64,000 nucleotides of DNA. Source: Eledone cirrhosa. Taxonomy: Eukaryota. The DNA lies in assembly GCA_964016885.1 (NCBI GenBank), contig OZ024740.1, forward strand, positions 256,866,001-256,930,000. Reading direction: 5' to 3'. Each line of letters starts with the position of its first letter. Within the stretch, counting starts at the first letter, position 1. The notes under the pieces were generated by a model. It ran no database searches. It had not been told where the DNA came from and was given only the letters and a program-made list of their open reading frames with translations. A program made the position numbers and the translations under genes. Positions 27,066 through 39,320 of the stretch are shown in pieces.

Positions 27066-27734
27066 GGTCAAGAAGCTGGGGAAGAGGGTGGCCAAGAAGA
27101 TGATGGATGAGTGATAACTGCACATGGACCGACGTGAGTTCCTGGAGGGTGACCTGAATGGCGGTAGGCATGACTGCTGGAAGGAAATTGCAGACGATCC
27201 ACTGACTCTTGGGATGTATGATGATGATGATAATGAAATTGAATATTAATAATTTGCTGTGATCAATAAATAAATCACTAAATTGCACTGGGGAAATATC
27301 CAATCCAGAAGAGAGGGTCTTATGGTATACTAAAATTTCATCAGGGTCGGCACTACCATTAAGACCCACTAAGTAACCACCTAGGTCGTAGACATCAAAG
27401 ATGCATTACTAAACATTAAACGATCACAGTTTTGTACAAAACTATTATTATATTACATATATAAGGATGGTGGATTGTCAGTATAGGTAGAGCATCAGAC
27501 AACATGCATTGCGGTATATAGTTACCACCATTTACGTACTGAGTTCAAATCCAACACATGTATATTATATAAATGTTCTTATTCTGTAGATAAGGACACA
27601 ACTCCCCTCTCCCTTTATCTCTCATTCTTTTTTCATATATAAATGGTGGTTTATATATATATCAATGACAATAATTTTCTGATGAGGTGACTCCATAAAT
27701 GTGATGGAGTCGTATTTATTATATTTAACACGTG

Positions 27735-28497
27735 CACCAGTTCTCTGAATTTGGATGCAATAATATCTGCATCATGACATCCTTATCCACTAATGCTTCC
27801 CACTTTATCCTGTAGCTCCCCCTGGACCTGCCAGTTTTGTGGGCTTCCTTGGCTTTTGTAAGTCCCAACTTGCAGACAACTACAGTTGACAGCTCAGCCC
27901 ATCTCTCAACACGAAGATCCAGCACAGAATCAAAGAGGTCAGAGGCAATAACAAAATATATTATTGATCTCTGTCCCCGATTCCCCTTATACCATGAATA
28001 TTTATGGATGTCTCTGTGCTGGAAGAAGGTGTTCATAATAGAGAGTACATTGCTAGAACGGTAGTTTTAGTAAGGCCTCTCCATTCGTATTTATATCGGG
28101 TTAACCATTCCTTCCAATCATTCCTATCCATGTCAGCTGGCCAGTGTCGACATGTGCATTAAAGTCTCCCATCAGGTTATATGACTCCGTCTTAACTACA
28201 TCTAACGCTTCAGTGACTTCATCAAGGAAGGATTAGTATTCGAACTCATTGCTTGATACATAAATTTGTACCCCACCCAGAGACCTATTTTTCAGGCTAT
28301 GCTTCAAGTGGCAAATCCTCCCTCTTAACGGGATCCGGTCCATGACACATTCTGATGTCGGGGGCTTTTAAGTATCCCCACTCCCGCCTCATGTCTGCTG
28401 CCATACGTGAATAGTGGAGCTTCCATCCTTCATCAAAATTTACAGTATCAGAGCCATGGAACTTTGTTTCGGAAACCCCGACTATATCTAGCCTATA
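27735..28497 (-). pseudogene. RTE-like LINE APE endonuclease remnant
   Basis: YRLDIVGVSETK..GWKLHYS, MGDFNAHV and MNTFFQHRDIHKYSWY motifs. Confidence 0.75.
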
Positions 28498-28502
28498 TCT
28501 AT

Positions 28503-28650
28503 GAAAGGATCGCTGGACAGATTTTACAGGTAAAAACCAGCCGGCAGGAGATCCAAGGTTAGACCCCGACAAAAATGGTTGGATAACATCCATAAGCTTG
28601 GCTGGTCTCATTGGAGATCCAGCCGGATCAGTTGGAGACGTTTGCTTCTG
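28503..28650 (+). mobile_element. LINE 3'-end remnant, inverted relative to the adjacent APE fragment
   Basis: GRRSKVRPRQKWLDNI..DRTR C-terminal signature; same family as 25625. Confidence 0.55.
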
Positions 28651-28769
28651 ACAGGACCCGCTTGGAGGAGTGTATATATATTTATGAACATTACATATAT
28701 ATACGCATATATACGCACGCACACATATATTTGTATGAACAAATGGGTTTCAGAAGGAAGGGGGGGGGG

Positions 28770-29880
28770 GGATCAGAATATCAATATCAGAATTATCATG
28801 GAAAAAGCGAGGGCGTTTAATGTGCCATTGTATTTAGCTTTTGTAGATTATAAAAAGGAATTTGACTCTGTATTACATTCAACGCTTTCGAGCGTATTGT
28901 AAAGGATGAGAATGAATGGCACAATGGTGAAATTATTAAAGAATCTGTTTGACGAGCTACAAGTTGCAGGGAGAGTGGGAAAAGAGCACACAGAATGGTT
29001 CACTCTAATCGCAAGAGTTCAACAGGGATGCCTGGTGTCTCCATTGGCATTCAATCTTTACTCTGAGGAGGTGATGAGAAAAGTTCGTATATATGCCCTC
29101 CTGGATCGGGGTTACTGTTGGTGGGAAAGATATCAACAGCCTGCGGTATGCTGATGACATAGTGCTCAAAGCTAACTCACAAGCAAATCTTCAAATATTG
29201 CAGGATAAAGTTTACAGAATTTCAAGGGAATATAGTCTGGAGATCAACATCAAAAAGACAAAAGTAATAGCAGCAACTAGACAGAAGGAAGAAAAGAATA
29301 TACCGTGCCAAGGTACTAAGCTTGAGAAAGTCGAGATGTTCAAATATCTTGGTTCAACACTTGAGCAGACGGCAGAGGGAAATTGGGAAATGAGGGCGAA
29401 ACTAGCAACTGCAAGGACAGTCCTGAGCACACTCAGCAGCCTTTGGATGGATAGAGCTCTTACAAAGTCCATTAAAAAGAAAATAATCGAAACGTTAGTG
29501 TAGCCGGTAGCTCTATATGGTTTGAGTCATGGAATTTAAAGGCATCTGACTTGAAACGACTGAGTGCATTTGATATGTCACGCTGTAGGCATGCACTTAG
29601 AATTAGCTGGACAGCTCACAGAACAAATGAATCTGCCCTGGAAGAGATTGGTGCCAATCGACAGTTGGTTGAAAAGAAAACTTCTGTATTTTTGTTATGT
29701 TATCAGAGACCAAGATTTGACTACCCACATCCTTGAGGGACGAATACAGGTGAAACGCGCCTGTAGACGGCAGAAAAGGAGATGGACAGATGATATTAAG
29801 GAATGAACAGGAAGGAGTTTGGTGAATTTACGGCAATGGCAAGCAAAAGCAGGAGGAAGTAATCGACGATGCCACCATTT
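28770..29880 (+). pseudogene. RTE-clade LINE reverse transcriptase remnant
   Basis: LYLAFVDYKK.FDSV, QGCLVSPLAFNLY, LRYADD, FKYLGS and RRWTDDIKE motifs. Confidence 0.9.
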
Positions 29881-30551
29881 CTGAATTATTAGTGGTTATC
29901 AAGGCTATATATCTAACTTTATAGATATATTTATGTCTATATCAGTGTGTGTATTGAGGTGTCACTATAAAGGAATAGAAACTATGTTTGTCAGTGAAGA
30001 GAGAGGAATATGGAGAAGGAGGAAGCGATATGGGTATATAACATACACAGCATAAAATTAACAATGTAGTATATAAGTATGTCTAATGGTATATTAATAT
30101 ATACACTTTTTACACATTATATGTATATATATATATATATATATATGCAAATACATATATAGACATGCGGTTATATCTATTAATGTTAGAAGATTGATGA
30201 GAAAATAAATACTTCTAGACAATATTTCACTGTTTGCGTATGTGTACTTGTAGTTTTATGCATATAGACACATACAAACATATAGACACACGCATACAGA
30301 TACAGGCTCGCATACACATACATATGCTCATACATTCACATATGTATGTGTATATACATCTATGTAAGGTATACACATATGAAGAGATAGAGAGAAGGGA
30401 GAGAGAGATAGAGTGGCGGTGGGCGAGAGAGATTCTTGTGTGAATATATGGATAAGTTTATATAAGTGTCAAACAGTTGTGGCTTTTGTTAATACACCCA
30501 CACCCCTCATATATATATATATTTATATATAAACAAGGTTTAGCAAATAAT

Positions 30552-30738
30552 TTTTTCTACTTTAGGCACAAGGCCAGCAATTACCCAGCGCATTACTGGT
30601 ACTTTATTTTATCGACCCCGTAAGGATGAAAGGCAAAGTCAACCTCGGCAGGATTTGAACTCAGATCGTAAAGGGACGTAACTATGCTGGAAAGCATGGC
30701 GTCCGACCCTCTACTGATACTGCCAATCCACCGCCCTC
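30552..30738 (-). mobile_element. Full-length Nin-type tRNA-SINE with 15-bp TSD
   Basis: TSD ggtttagcaaataat at 30537-30551 and 30739-30753; A box TGGCAGTATCAG, B box GAGTTCAAATCC. Confidence 0.92.
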
Positions 30739-31241
30739 GGTTTAGCAAATAATGAAAAAGTTTCAAAATAAATTTTAAAAAATTGACTTTACCTACTATA
30801 GTTACCTTTACCGATCGGTTTCGAATCCCAAAAATAAAACGGAGACCATACGGCCTTCGTTGCAAAGAGAGATTCTCGTCAGAAGGTTCTTTTCATTGAA
30901 AGAATATAAAATTCCTGAATTTAAATCACAAACTAGCGCTATCAAAACTGTTCCTGGGATGAGAGTGGATGATGTAGAAACAGGTTTATCAAGGGCCGAA
31001 GCAAAGATAGAGGCAAAAGGAGGTAGGTCGAACTAGCCACAGCTATTGCTAGCAGCAGTCAGAACGACCAAATTTGTTCTCAACATTAGTGGAGGTAGTA
31101 GTAATAGGATATACGTTCCTTCACGCACAAGGCGCCAGGGTACGCATGTATTGTCCAACTAAATGCCAGTGTGGGCGCCTTGTGCGTGAAGGAACGTATA
31201 TCCTATATATTTATATATATATATATATATACGTATACATA

Positions 31242-31292
<51 letters not shown>

Positions 31293-31299
<7 letters not shown>

Positions 31300-31644
31300 T
31301 ACGTATACGTACATACATATATGTATACAGACGTACAGTAGTATGTATATATATATATACATACATGGACACATATATATGTACGTATGGATTTACCGAA
31401 CATTTATTATAATGCTCGGTGTGTTTGTAAAGAAACATCCCGAATTAAGCCGTACAGTTTTTAGCAACCATCGTTGCTCTTTTGTTCAACACTATAAAGG
31501 AACGATGTACTAGTTTTAAGCTTATTAGCTATTGTCAGCACCGTATACCTTCCTGTCAGATGATTGAACGTCTGAAAGTATATACTTTCCTCATGCATAT
31601 TAACGGCTGAGCAGCCTAATTTGCATATCGAGTGAGTTAATCGG
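31293..31644 (-). mobile_element. Solo copy of the ~434-nt hammerhead repeat family (ribozyme core mutated)
   Basis: Aligns with 39335-39679; the core reads CTGACAA..TAAAAC at 31502-31544. Confidence 0.8.
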
Positions 31645-31979
31645 TTCTTAACCCCACTATCAGGCTAAATAATTTCTTTAATTTCTTTAGTCAAAATACG
31701 GCGATAGCTTACATTTCTAATAATTTCAAACCCACTCACTGTTTCGAAAATATTCTTACTTGACATTACAGTCGCTACGTTTATAGCTTCTAAATTGAAT
31801 GGAAACAGACGGGTCATGTGTTGGTGTAAATGGTAGCACAGTGGGGTCCGGATAACCAAAGATGTGGGTTCGACTCCCATGTACGTCAATACCCATCGTT
31901 TTCCATTTCTCCGAGGGTTCTTAACCCCACTATCAGGCTAAATAATTTCTTTAATTTCTTTAGTCAAAATATGGCGATA
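31643..31979 (+). mobile_element. 273-bp partially tandem unit with an internal tRNA-like segment
   Basis: 64-bp direct repeats at 31643-31706 and 31916-31979; TGGTGTAAATGG A box and GGTTCGACTCC B box at about 31822-31877. Confidence 0.6.
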
Positions 31980-32131
31980 TATATATAAACAATGAGTTAT
32001 TTAATTTGTTGAGTATTCAACAAAGTTAATTTATAACAGATTAGAAGCCCACAACAATTTTCTTCTGGAGTATAATATCAATATTATTAATAAATGGATA
32101 AATGGAGACTATCTTTATAAACCCTATTTAT

Positions 32132-32186
32132 TTTATTATATATATTTCAAGGGTACCAGTATTTCGGTACGCCCTCATCAGATAAA
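32132..32186 (-). ncRNA. Minimal type I hammerhead ribozyme
   Basis: UUUAU-CUGAUGA-[GGGcgUACC..GGUACCC uu]-GAA-AUAUAUAU-A^AUAAA. Confidence 0.65.
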
Positions 32187-32304
32187 CTACAAAAATTGGT
32201 TTACAGATAGTGACATATCTACATATGAACTTAATGTTATGATTCCTGTTATAACATTAAGTTCATATGTAGATATGACACTATCTGTAAACCAATTTTT
32301 GTAT

Positions 32305-32359
32305 TTTATCTGATGAGGGCGTACTAAAATACTGGTACCCTTGAAATATATATAATAAA
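32305..32359 (+). ncRNA. Minimal type I hammerhead ribozyme (mirror copy)
   Basis: Same fold on the right arm. Confidence 0.65.
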
Positions 32360-32626
32360 ATAAATAGGGTTTATAAAGATAGTCTCCATTTATTAATAAT
32401 ATTATATATATATATACCCATGCTAGTGTGGAAAATGGATGTTAAATGATTATGAAGATGATGCTGTATATATATATATATATATATAAATGTGTCACAC
32501 AAGCCGAAACCGCTTGGCGACGCAGTCGGGTCTTTATATATCTCTATACCCACCCTGCATCGAGTACACCTATGGTTAGTGGTCTCCTCACCCTCAGCAT
32601 TGCAGATTCTCTTCTCTTTCTCCCTC

Positions 32627-32721
<95 letters not shown>

Positions 32722-32722
<1 letters not shown>

Positions 32723-33080
32723 AAAAGAGTCAGGACGAGCTGTCGAAACGGCAGGATCTCAGCCGTCGGAGTCCTGACTCTTTACCTACTACCAGTTTTG
32801 CTACCCTAATTATTGAGGACTCTGGTTTTTTAATGGTCCATCTGGTATCTTAACACACCTTCTTTCTTATATATATCAGAATCGAAGCGGTAAACTCCGT
32901 TAGACAATTACCCATGATAATGTTCCATACTTGGGGTAGAGAATGGGTAAAATGAAAATTCGGGAACCCGACGGCTGAGCTTCTGCCGTTTTAATAACTA
33001 GATCCAAACTGGGATCCAGTTCGGATCTAACTGTTGAAACGGCAGGAGCTCAGCCCTTGGGCTCCCGAATTTTTCATTTG
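32722..33080. repeat. Two fold-back copies of the GAAACGGC..GCC(GTC) repeat family
   Basis: Hairpin aaagagtcaggac/gtcctgactcttt, and a palindrome at 32950-33079 centred near 33013. Relatives at 42778 and 47390. Confidence 0.7.
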
Positions 33081-33630
33081 ATATATATATAATTACACAT
33101 AAAATTTGCCACGAATATACATAACATTTCAATGAAAAGAAACCGTTAAAATATCTTATTCAGAGAATATTACAGAATTACTTGTACATATCTTTCCCTA
33201 GGGATATACACAACTTCAAGCAACTTAAACATAAGGAGCCTGACCAAAATCCCTGACCGCAAAAACAGTTTGTCAATTGAAAAGTAAATATGTGAAACGC
33301 CTTCAATATGTTGAGATGGCCATCATTATCAGATCAAATTCTTCGACTATTCTTGCAGTTTCTCAATTGGAGAATAAATCAAAACATATCAATAGATCGA
33401 TATGGTCACTATTACCAAAAGCAAAGTTGTCATCGGAAGGTTTTTCTGTATAACATAAGAATAGATACCTATTAAGAGAGGTTTTTCTAACCCTCATCCA
33501 TCCAGCATGGCACGATGAAAATAAAGATAATAATATCGAAGTGCTTGGTTGGCTTTGCTTACTTCAGAGTATATTTAAAATCAAGAAATGTAAGTCGACA
33601 GTTTAAAATTAACTTCGTTTATTCATAGTA

Positions 33631-33689
33631 GTTGTTATATATATTTAAGAGATAACTATTATGCAACAGCTATGACCTCATCAGACAGC
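33631..33689 (-). ncRNA. Degenerate hammerhead of the AUAUAUAU-stem-III type
   Basis: CUGAUGA plus a long stem II, then uuAAAUAUAUAUA (G of GAAA missing). Confidence 0.4.
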
Positions 33690-34022
33690 TAGAATTTGAA
33701 CAGTAAAAACAGGAAAAAACATAAGGATGGAATAAAGATTACTTCAGTTATTTTGATATTTTTATATGCTCAGTGCTGAAGTTTGGTGTTGTTTTCTGAA
33801 AGCACCGGTCACATATGAATAAAGACATTCAAACAACAGTAGAATTCACCTCTGCGCTAATGACCATGGAAACAATCTATTGAGAAGTATATATATCATA
33901 CATAATTGATATATTTGAAAAATGTTTTATATATATATATATATATAAGTTAAAACAGAAAACAAAAACAATAAAGGGTGCAGTACAAAATGTTAGTATT
34001 AGGTTCACGATATATATATATA

Positions 34023-34955
34023 TATATTATTATAAATCATGTCTACAGAATTATTAGATAAACAAAATATATACTCCATTTCCTCTGCCAAACAGCACAA
34101 TCAACCATATAAAAAATCAATTATACTAAGCCATAAGGATAAAAGCTCCTATGAAGAAATCTCCGACAAATAAACGAGAGTGGCTTCTTCGCGGTATCCA
34201 CAGCAGGTTATTTATCCAACATTTCGACAGCATGCATAAATCGACCAAGTACATAATTAACTATATGCAATTCGGTGTAAAATCAAACATAGAAGAACTG
34301 TGTACATACCGTAACCATCCCTACCATGGTTTCATCCGTATTTTTAGATATCCTATTACTAGGAAATCCATTGAGTTCGGAATCATCAGGAGATAAACTC
34401 AAAAATAGACACTTAGTATTCCAAGCCGATCGCGTCAAAATTGGATTCAAAAATGGCTAAGAATCACACTATGGCCGTGGTCAAGTTGGAAAGAATGTGA
34501 TTGGCTGCTGACGGCGTGTAGGCCTGTCGCTCGAAAGCGCAGCCAAATATCGCCAAATTTAATCTCAACCTTACGGGAGATTATTAAATATAAAGGTTTA
34601 CATATACATAAATTTATATATGTTATAACCGGTCACTTTTTAGCTCTATGAAGAATTAATAAATTAAATACTCAGAGCAATATATTATTATAAATCATGT
34701 CTACAGAATTATTAGATAAACAAAATATATACTCCATTTCCTCTGCCAAACAGCACAATCAACCATATAAAAAATCAATTATACTAAGCCATAAGGATAA
34801 AAGCTCCTATGAAGAAATCTCCGACAAATAAACGAGAGTGGCTTCTTCGCGGTATCCACAGCAGGTTATTTATCCAACATTTCGACAGCATGCATAAATC
34901 GACCAAGTACATAATTAACTATATGCAATTCGGTGTAAAATCAAACATAGAAGAA

Positions 34956-34959
<4 letters not shown>
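34023..34959 (+). repeat. 658-bp-period partial tandem duplication, possible PLE 3' remnant
   Basis: 34023-34301 is repeated at 34681-34959, with a hammerhead-like fold at 34501-34546. Confidence 0.75.
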
Positions 34960-35021
<62 letters not shown>

Positions 35022-35213
35022 TTAAGTTTGTTGGTTCACCACTGGATAGAATTAGTCATTCCGTATGGCCAATCTTGGTGTAATATTGTGGAGAGTACTC
35101 AACGTAGTGCAGTTCACCCGTCTTCGTTTGTGTAGTTGGTGGTGCGAATACGGAGTTAATTATAAATAAAATAACAGGAGGCTGGACTGGTGTAAATCCT
35201 TGAAAGGTGTATT

Positions 35214-35271
35214 ATACTATGATCATTTCAATGACCGGGTTCCATATGAATCCGGTGATATCATCAGGTAT
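35214..35271 (-). ncRNA. Minimal type I hammerhead ribozyme
   Basis: AUAC-CUGAUGA-[uAUcACCGGaUUC..GAAcCCGGUcAUu]-GAA-AUGAUCAU-A^GUAU, with a palindromic stem III. Confidence 0.75.
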
Positions 35272-37174
35272 TGGAATATAACAAAGGAATATGTGAAAAA
35301 CCATGGGTCCGAAAAATCAGAGAGAGAGATAAAGAGAACGACTGACCAACTAAACTAGCTACTTTCACCTCGGCCAGTCGCCTTCAAAATGATGGCAACT
35401 GAATTTACTAATGACCACCTGGTGAGGGGGAGAAGGCTTATAATGCACTACCACCTCCCCGTCAAAGAAAACGGGGAAGAAAGAAAGGAAGAATGAAGAA
35501 AAAAAAGGAAGAAAGAAGTCAGCATAATGGTCACACTACATTCATGCGAGAAAACGCCGTGAAAAATGGTACTCCAAAGAATCTATATTTAACAAAGGCA
35601 TATATAATGGGTGTCTGTATGGTCTAATGTGTGAACCGAAAATTGGAACGTTAAAGTTATGTTACGAGTTATAGGATGAAATTAAATTAAAAAATATTAA
35701 ATTGCAAAATGATAAATTGAAAAATAAATTATTAGAAAATTAAAGGTTAAGGTAGCGAGATTTATTTAATGAACTTACAGAGAGAGTCTTATATGAAAAA
35801 AATTATCTCGATAAGATATCAGGATAGGATATAGAGTAAAGATTTAGATTGTGAGTCCCAGCCCCCCCCCACCCCCCACCCCATGAGTCAGCCAGTTACG
35901 AGTAGTATCGTCCAGCGAAAGAAATGGAAATTAATTTTTCTGAGTACTCTAGGAACGTAGCTACCTTAGGCCCCGGGAGTGCTAGCGGGAAGTCTACAAT
36001 TTCGACAGGCCATCGTCTATACCAAACGAATATTATTAATTCACACATGAGGGGTTTATTTACGTGCCAGTAGAGGCATGATACAGCTAATAGTCATGCC
36101 TAAACCTGGAGTTTATAGGTATAAGTATAATATGGCGGCCAAAACAGGCGGCGCGGTGGGACCGAGGCAAAGCCAGCCGCTCCGAGGTAATTTCATTTAC
36201 CGAAAGAGGGGACATTTATTTTTCCGAGCACTCAAGGAAGGCTGAACTTTCCGAGTACCCAGCGCGCAGCCGGGAAAAGCCACCACATAAGTCGATGGTA
36301 GCAAACCCAATGAAAAGTGCAAATAGACCATAAGTAAGTTAAAGTCCCAGTTAGTCCGGGTTATAAGTAGTGTGGTTCTTTGGTGGGTAGGGGGCTATGA
36401 AAGGTGCATAATGACCTGAGTAAGGAAAGTTACAAAAAAAAAATAATAAAAGCAGAATACAAAGATAAAATACAAAGATAAAGATAAAATACAAAGATAA
36501 ATAATACATTGATAAAAAAATTAATAAAAGTAAATAACTAGGGATGTAGAAAGACGGAAGTATATAAGAACGTTTCGGAGGAATCACAATGTAGGAGAAA
36601 TACAATATAGATCAAGTTGTAGTAAGATAATACAGGTTGTACATATAGATATAGAGGATGGAAGAGATGGAATAGTAACAGGTGGTACCTAGTGTAAAGT
36701 TCGGGTCTCCGAATTCAGTGTGAGTCACAAAAAAGTCCTGAGGTATAGAGTAGAGAATTATGTCAATACAATACATGTTTTAGTATAATACGTAGAATTT
36801 TGTCGGAATCGGATCATCCGACAAGGCAGTAGTATCGAGTGGACTGTAGATAAAGCACAGAGCAACCAAAATCCGAATGGTAAGTAGATCAGTTAATCCC
36901 ATGCTGGCGGTAGTTGTACACTGGAGTCAGTGTCGCTGTTCAATATGACATCTGGAAGTGCTATTATTGGAGTATTATTTCTTTAGGTTTGTTGGTTCAC
37001 CACTGGATAGAATTAGTCATTCCGTATGGTCAATCTTGGTGTAATATTGTGGAGAGTACTCAACGTACTGCAGTTCACCCGTCTTCGTTTGTGTAGTTGG
37101 TGGTGAGAATACGGAGTTAATTATAAATAAAATAACAGGAGGTTGGACTGGTGTAAATCCTTGAAAGGTTTATT

Positions 37175-37232
37175 ATACTATGATCATTTCAATGACCAGG
37201 TTCCATATGAATCCGGTGATATCATCAGGTAT
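37175..37232 (-). ncRNA. Minimal type I hammerhead ribozyme (second copy)
   Basis: Same core, 1961 nt from the first copy. Confidence 0.75.
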
Positions 37233-38353
37233 TGGAATATAACAAAGGAATATGTAAAAAACCATGGGTCCGAAAAATCAGAGACAGAGACAAAGAGGTC
37301 GACTGACCAACTAGCTGCCTTCACCTCGGCCAGTCGCCCTCAAAGTGATGGTAACTGAATCTACTAATGACCATCTGGTGAGAGGGCGAAGGCTTATAAT
37401 GCACTACCACCTCCCCGTCAATATCTTATCGAGATTAATTTTTTCATATAAGATTCTCTCTGTAAGTTCATTAAATTAACCTCGCTACCTTAACCTTTAA
37501 TTTTCTAATAATTTATTTTGCAATTTAATATTTTTATATTTAATTTCATCCTATAACTCGTAACATAAGTTTAACGTTCCAATTTTCGGTTCACACATTA
37601 AACCATACAGACACCCATTATATATGCCTTTGTTAAATATAGATTCTTTGGAGCAGCATTTTTCGCGTTGTTTTCTAACATGAATGTAGTGTGACCCCTA
37701 TGCTGACTTCTTTCTTCCTTTTTTTTCTTCATTCTTCCTTTCTTCCTCTTTTTCTTTGACGTATTTACATACATATACAAACATATACACATACATATAT
37801 ACACATATACACACATATCCACACACACATACATATATACATACATATATTTATATGTACACACACATATATATATATATATACATATAATAATAAGGTT
37901 TGACGGACCCAGCATATTTATCAATGCCAGTACCGGTTGTATCTCAGCGCACTCAATGGGCAATGTAAGATACATTACCAGAGTATACACATAGTTCTTT
38001 GCCTCAACACAACACACGTAAAACGGGTGCCTGTAAGGTACCCGGACTCGGGTTTCTGCTGCACTAATGCAGCAATAAGGTGCACTGCGCCATCTGTCTG
38101 CATATATTATGCAACAATGCACAATCGGCTCATGCGGCTTCATCAGCGGGTATCGCCTAATCACTAACCAATCGATCGACAGAATCCAAACACCAGCCCA
38201 TGCCGGTCATGACTGTTTGTGACAACCGATACGGTAAAGCGATTAGCAACTGGCAACCGATAGGACTCTATCTCTCAACCAGCCACTGATTTACAGATGG
38301 AATTACTTCATTTACATATATATATATATATACATATATATACATACATATAA

Positions 38354-38433
<80 letters not shown>

Positions 38434-38899
38434 ACATATATATACACATATATATACATACACATACATACACATACACATACATATACATATATACACA
38501 TACACACACACATACACACATATACATACATACATAGATATACACACATACACATATATACGTATATATATATATATATATGTGTATATATACGTATATA
38601 TATATATATATATATATACGTATATATACACATAAACACATATACAAATACACAAAGGGGAAACATTTAAGGAAACAATCAAGATATGAAAAACCATCAA
38701 ATAATATAAATTTAAATTAAGTAACATAAAATACAAGTAAATAAAATTAAAGTATAAGTTATAAGTTTGAAAGGGAACAAAACAAAGGTAGGGTTGGGAT
38801 GGGAGGGGGGCACGGGGGAGTGTTTTTAATGTTTAATGTCGATTCCGTTGTCTTATGGGATCATCGTTCAGGGGGAAGAACTGGTCTATATGACATGTA

Positions 38900-39310
38900 A
38901 GTTGCATAGTTTTTGTGCATGCAATTCGGGCAGTGTTCTGAGAGTCTATTGATGTATAAAGGGAGGTTTCTAAATCGAGAGTTACATCTAAGAAGTTGGC
39001 TTTAGTTAAACTCGAATTTATAGTTATTCTGAGGCTTAGGTTATTGAAGAAAGCGTTAAGTTTTTTCCGAAACCCATCGGTAGTCGTGGGGTTAATGTTA
39101 TGCAGGGCAAAGAGGCCACCATCTCGGTATAATCCGCCTGTAAGGCATGTGAAGAGGGTTTTCTTCCGGTTAAGGATAAACAGGCCCACCAGATCACTAA
39201 TCTCAGCCGAGTCACTAGTACCCATCCTGACATCGAAGAGAGTCTCCGATTTTTTGTTCATCGAGTAGGACCCGTTATGGTACAAAAAGGTCTAACGTGC
39301 ATGGAGGATC
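38900..39310 (-). pseudogene. Penelope-like reverse transcriptase fragment (Naiad-like motifs)
   Basis: FDVRMGTSDSAEISDLVGLFIL, GLYRDGG (decayed YRDD) and NFLDVTLDL motifs. Confidence 0.75.
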
Positions 39311-39320
39311 ACATCCTGCT

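Larger units (their letters stand above)
32040..32400. mobile_element. Fold-back element with two outward-facing hammerheads
   Basis: Arms at about 32098-32240 and 32251-32392 around the 10-nt spacer gattcctgtt. Confidence 0.85.
35020..37761 (-). mobile_element. Non-coding retrozyme/PLE-derived element, 1961-nt period with 5' inversion
   Basis: Direct repeat 35020-35465 / 36981-37421, each with an HHR. 35460-35819 is inverted at 37421-37761. Both flanks are microsatellites. Confidence 0.85.

Noticed and set aside
27679-27715. CTGATGA plus GACTCCAT/ATGGAGTC hairpin
   Set aside because: The GAAA half is missing; at most a dead remnant.
31811-31888. Functional tRNA gene (also 53383-53445)
   Set aside because: A/B boxes are present but no complete cloverleaf or acceptor stem is visible; treated as tRNA-derived repeats.
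35020-37421. LTR retrotransposon
   Set aside because: No TG..CA ends, PBS, PPT, TSD or gag/pol; the repeats contain HHRs instead.
38120-38150. Minus-strand CTGATGAAGCC
   Set aside because: No GAAA follows the putative stem II.
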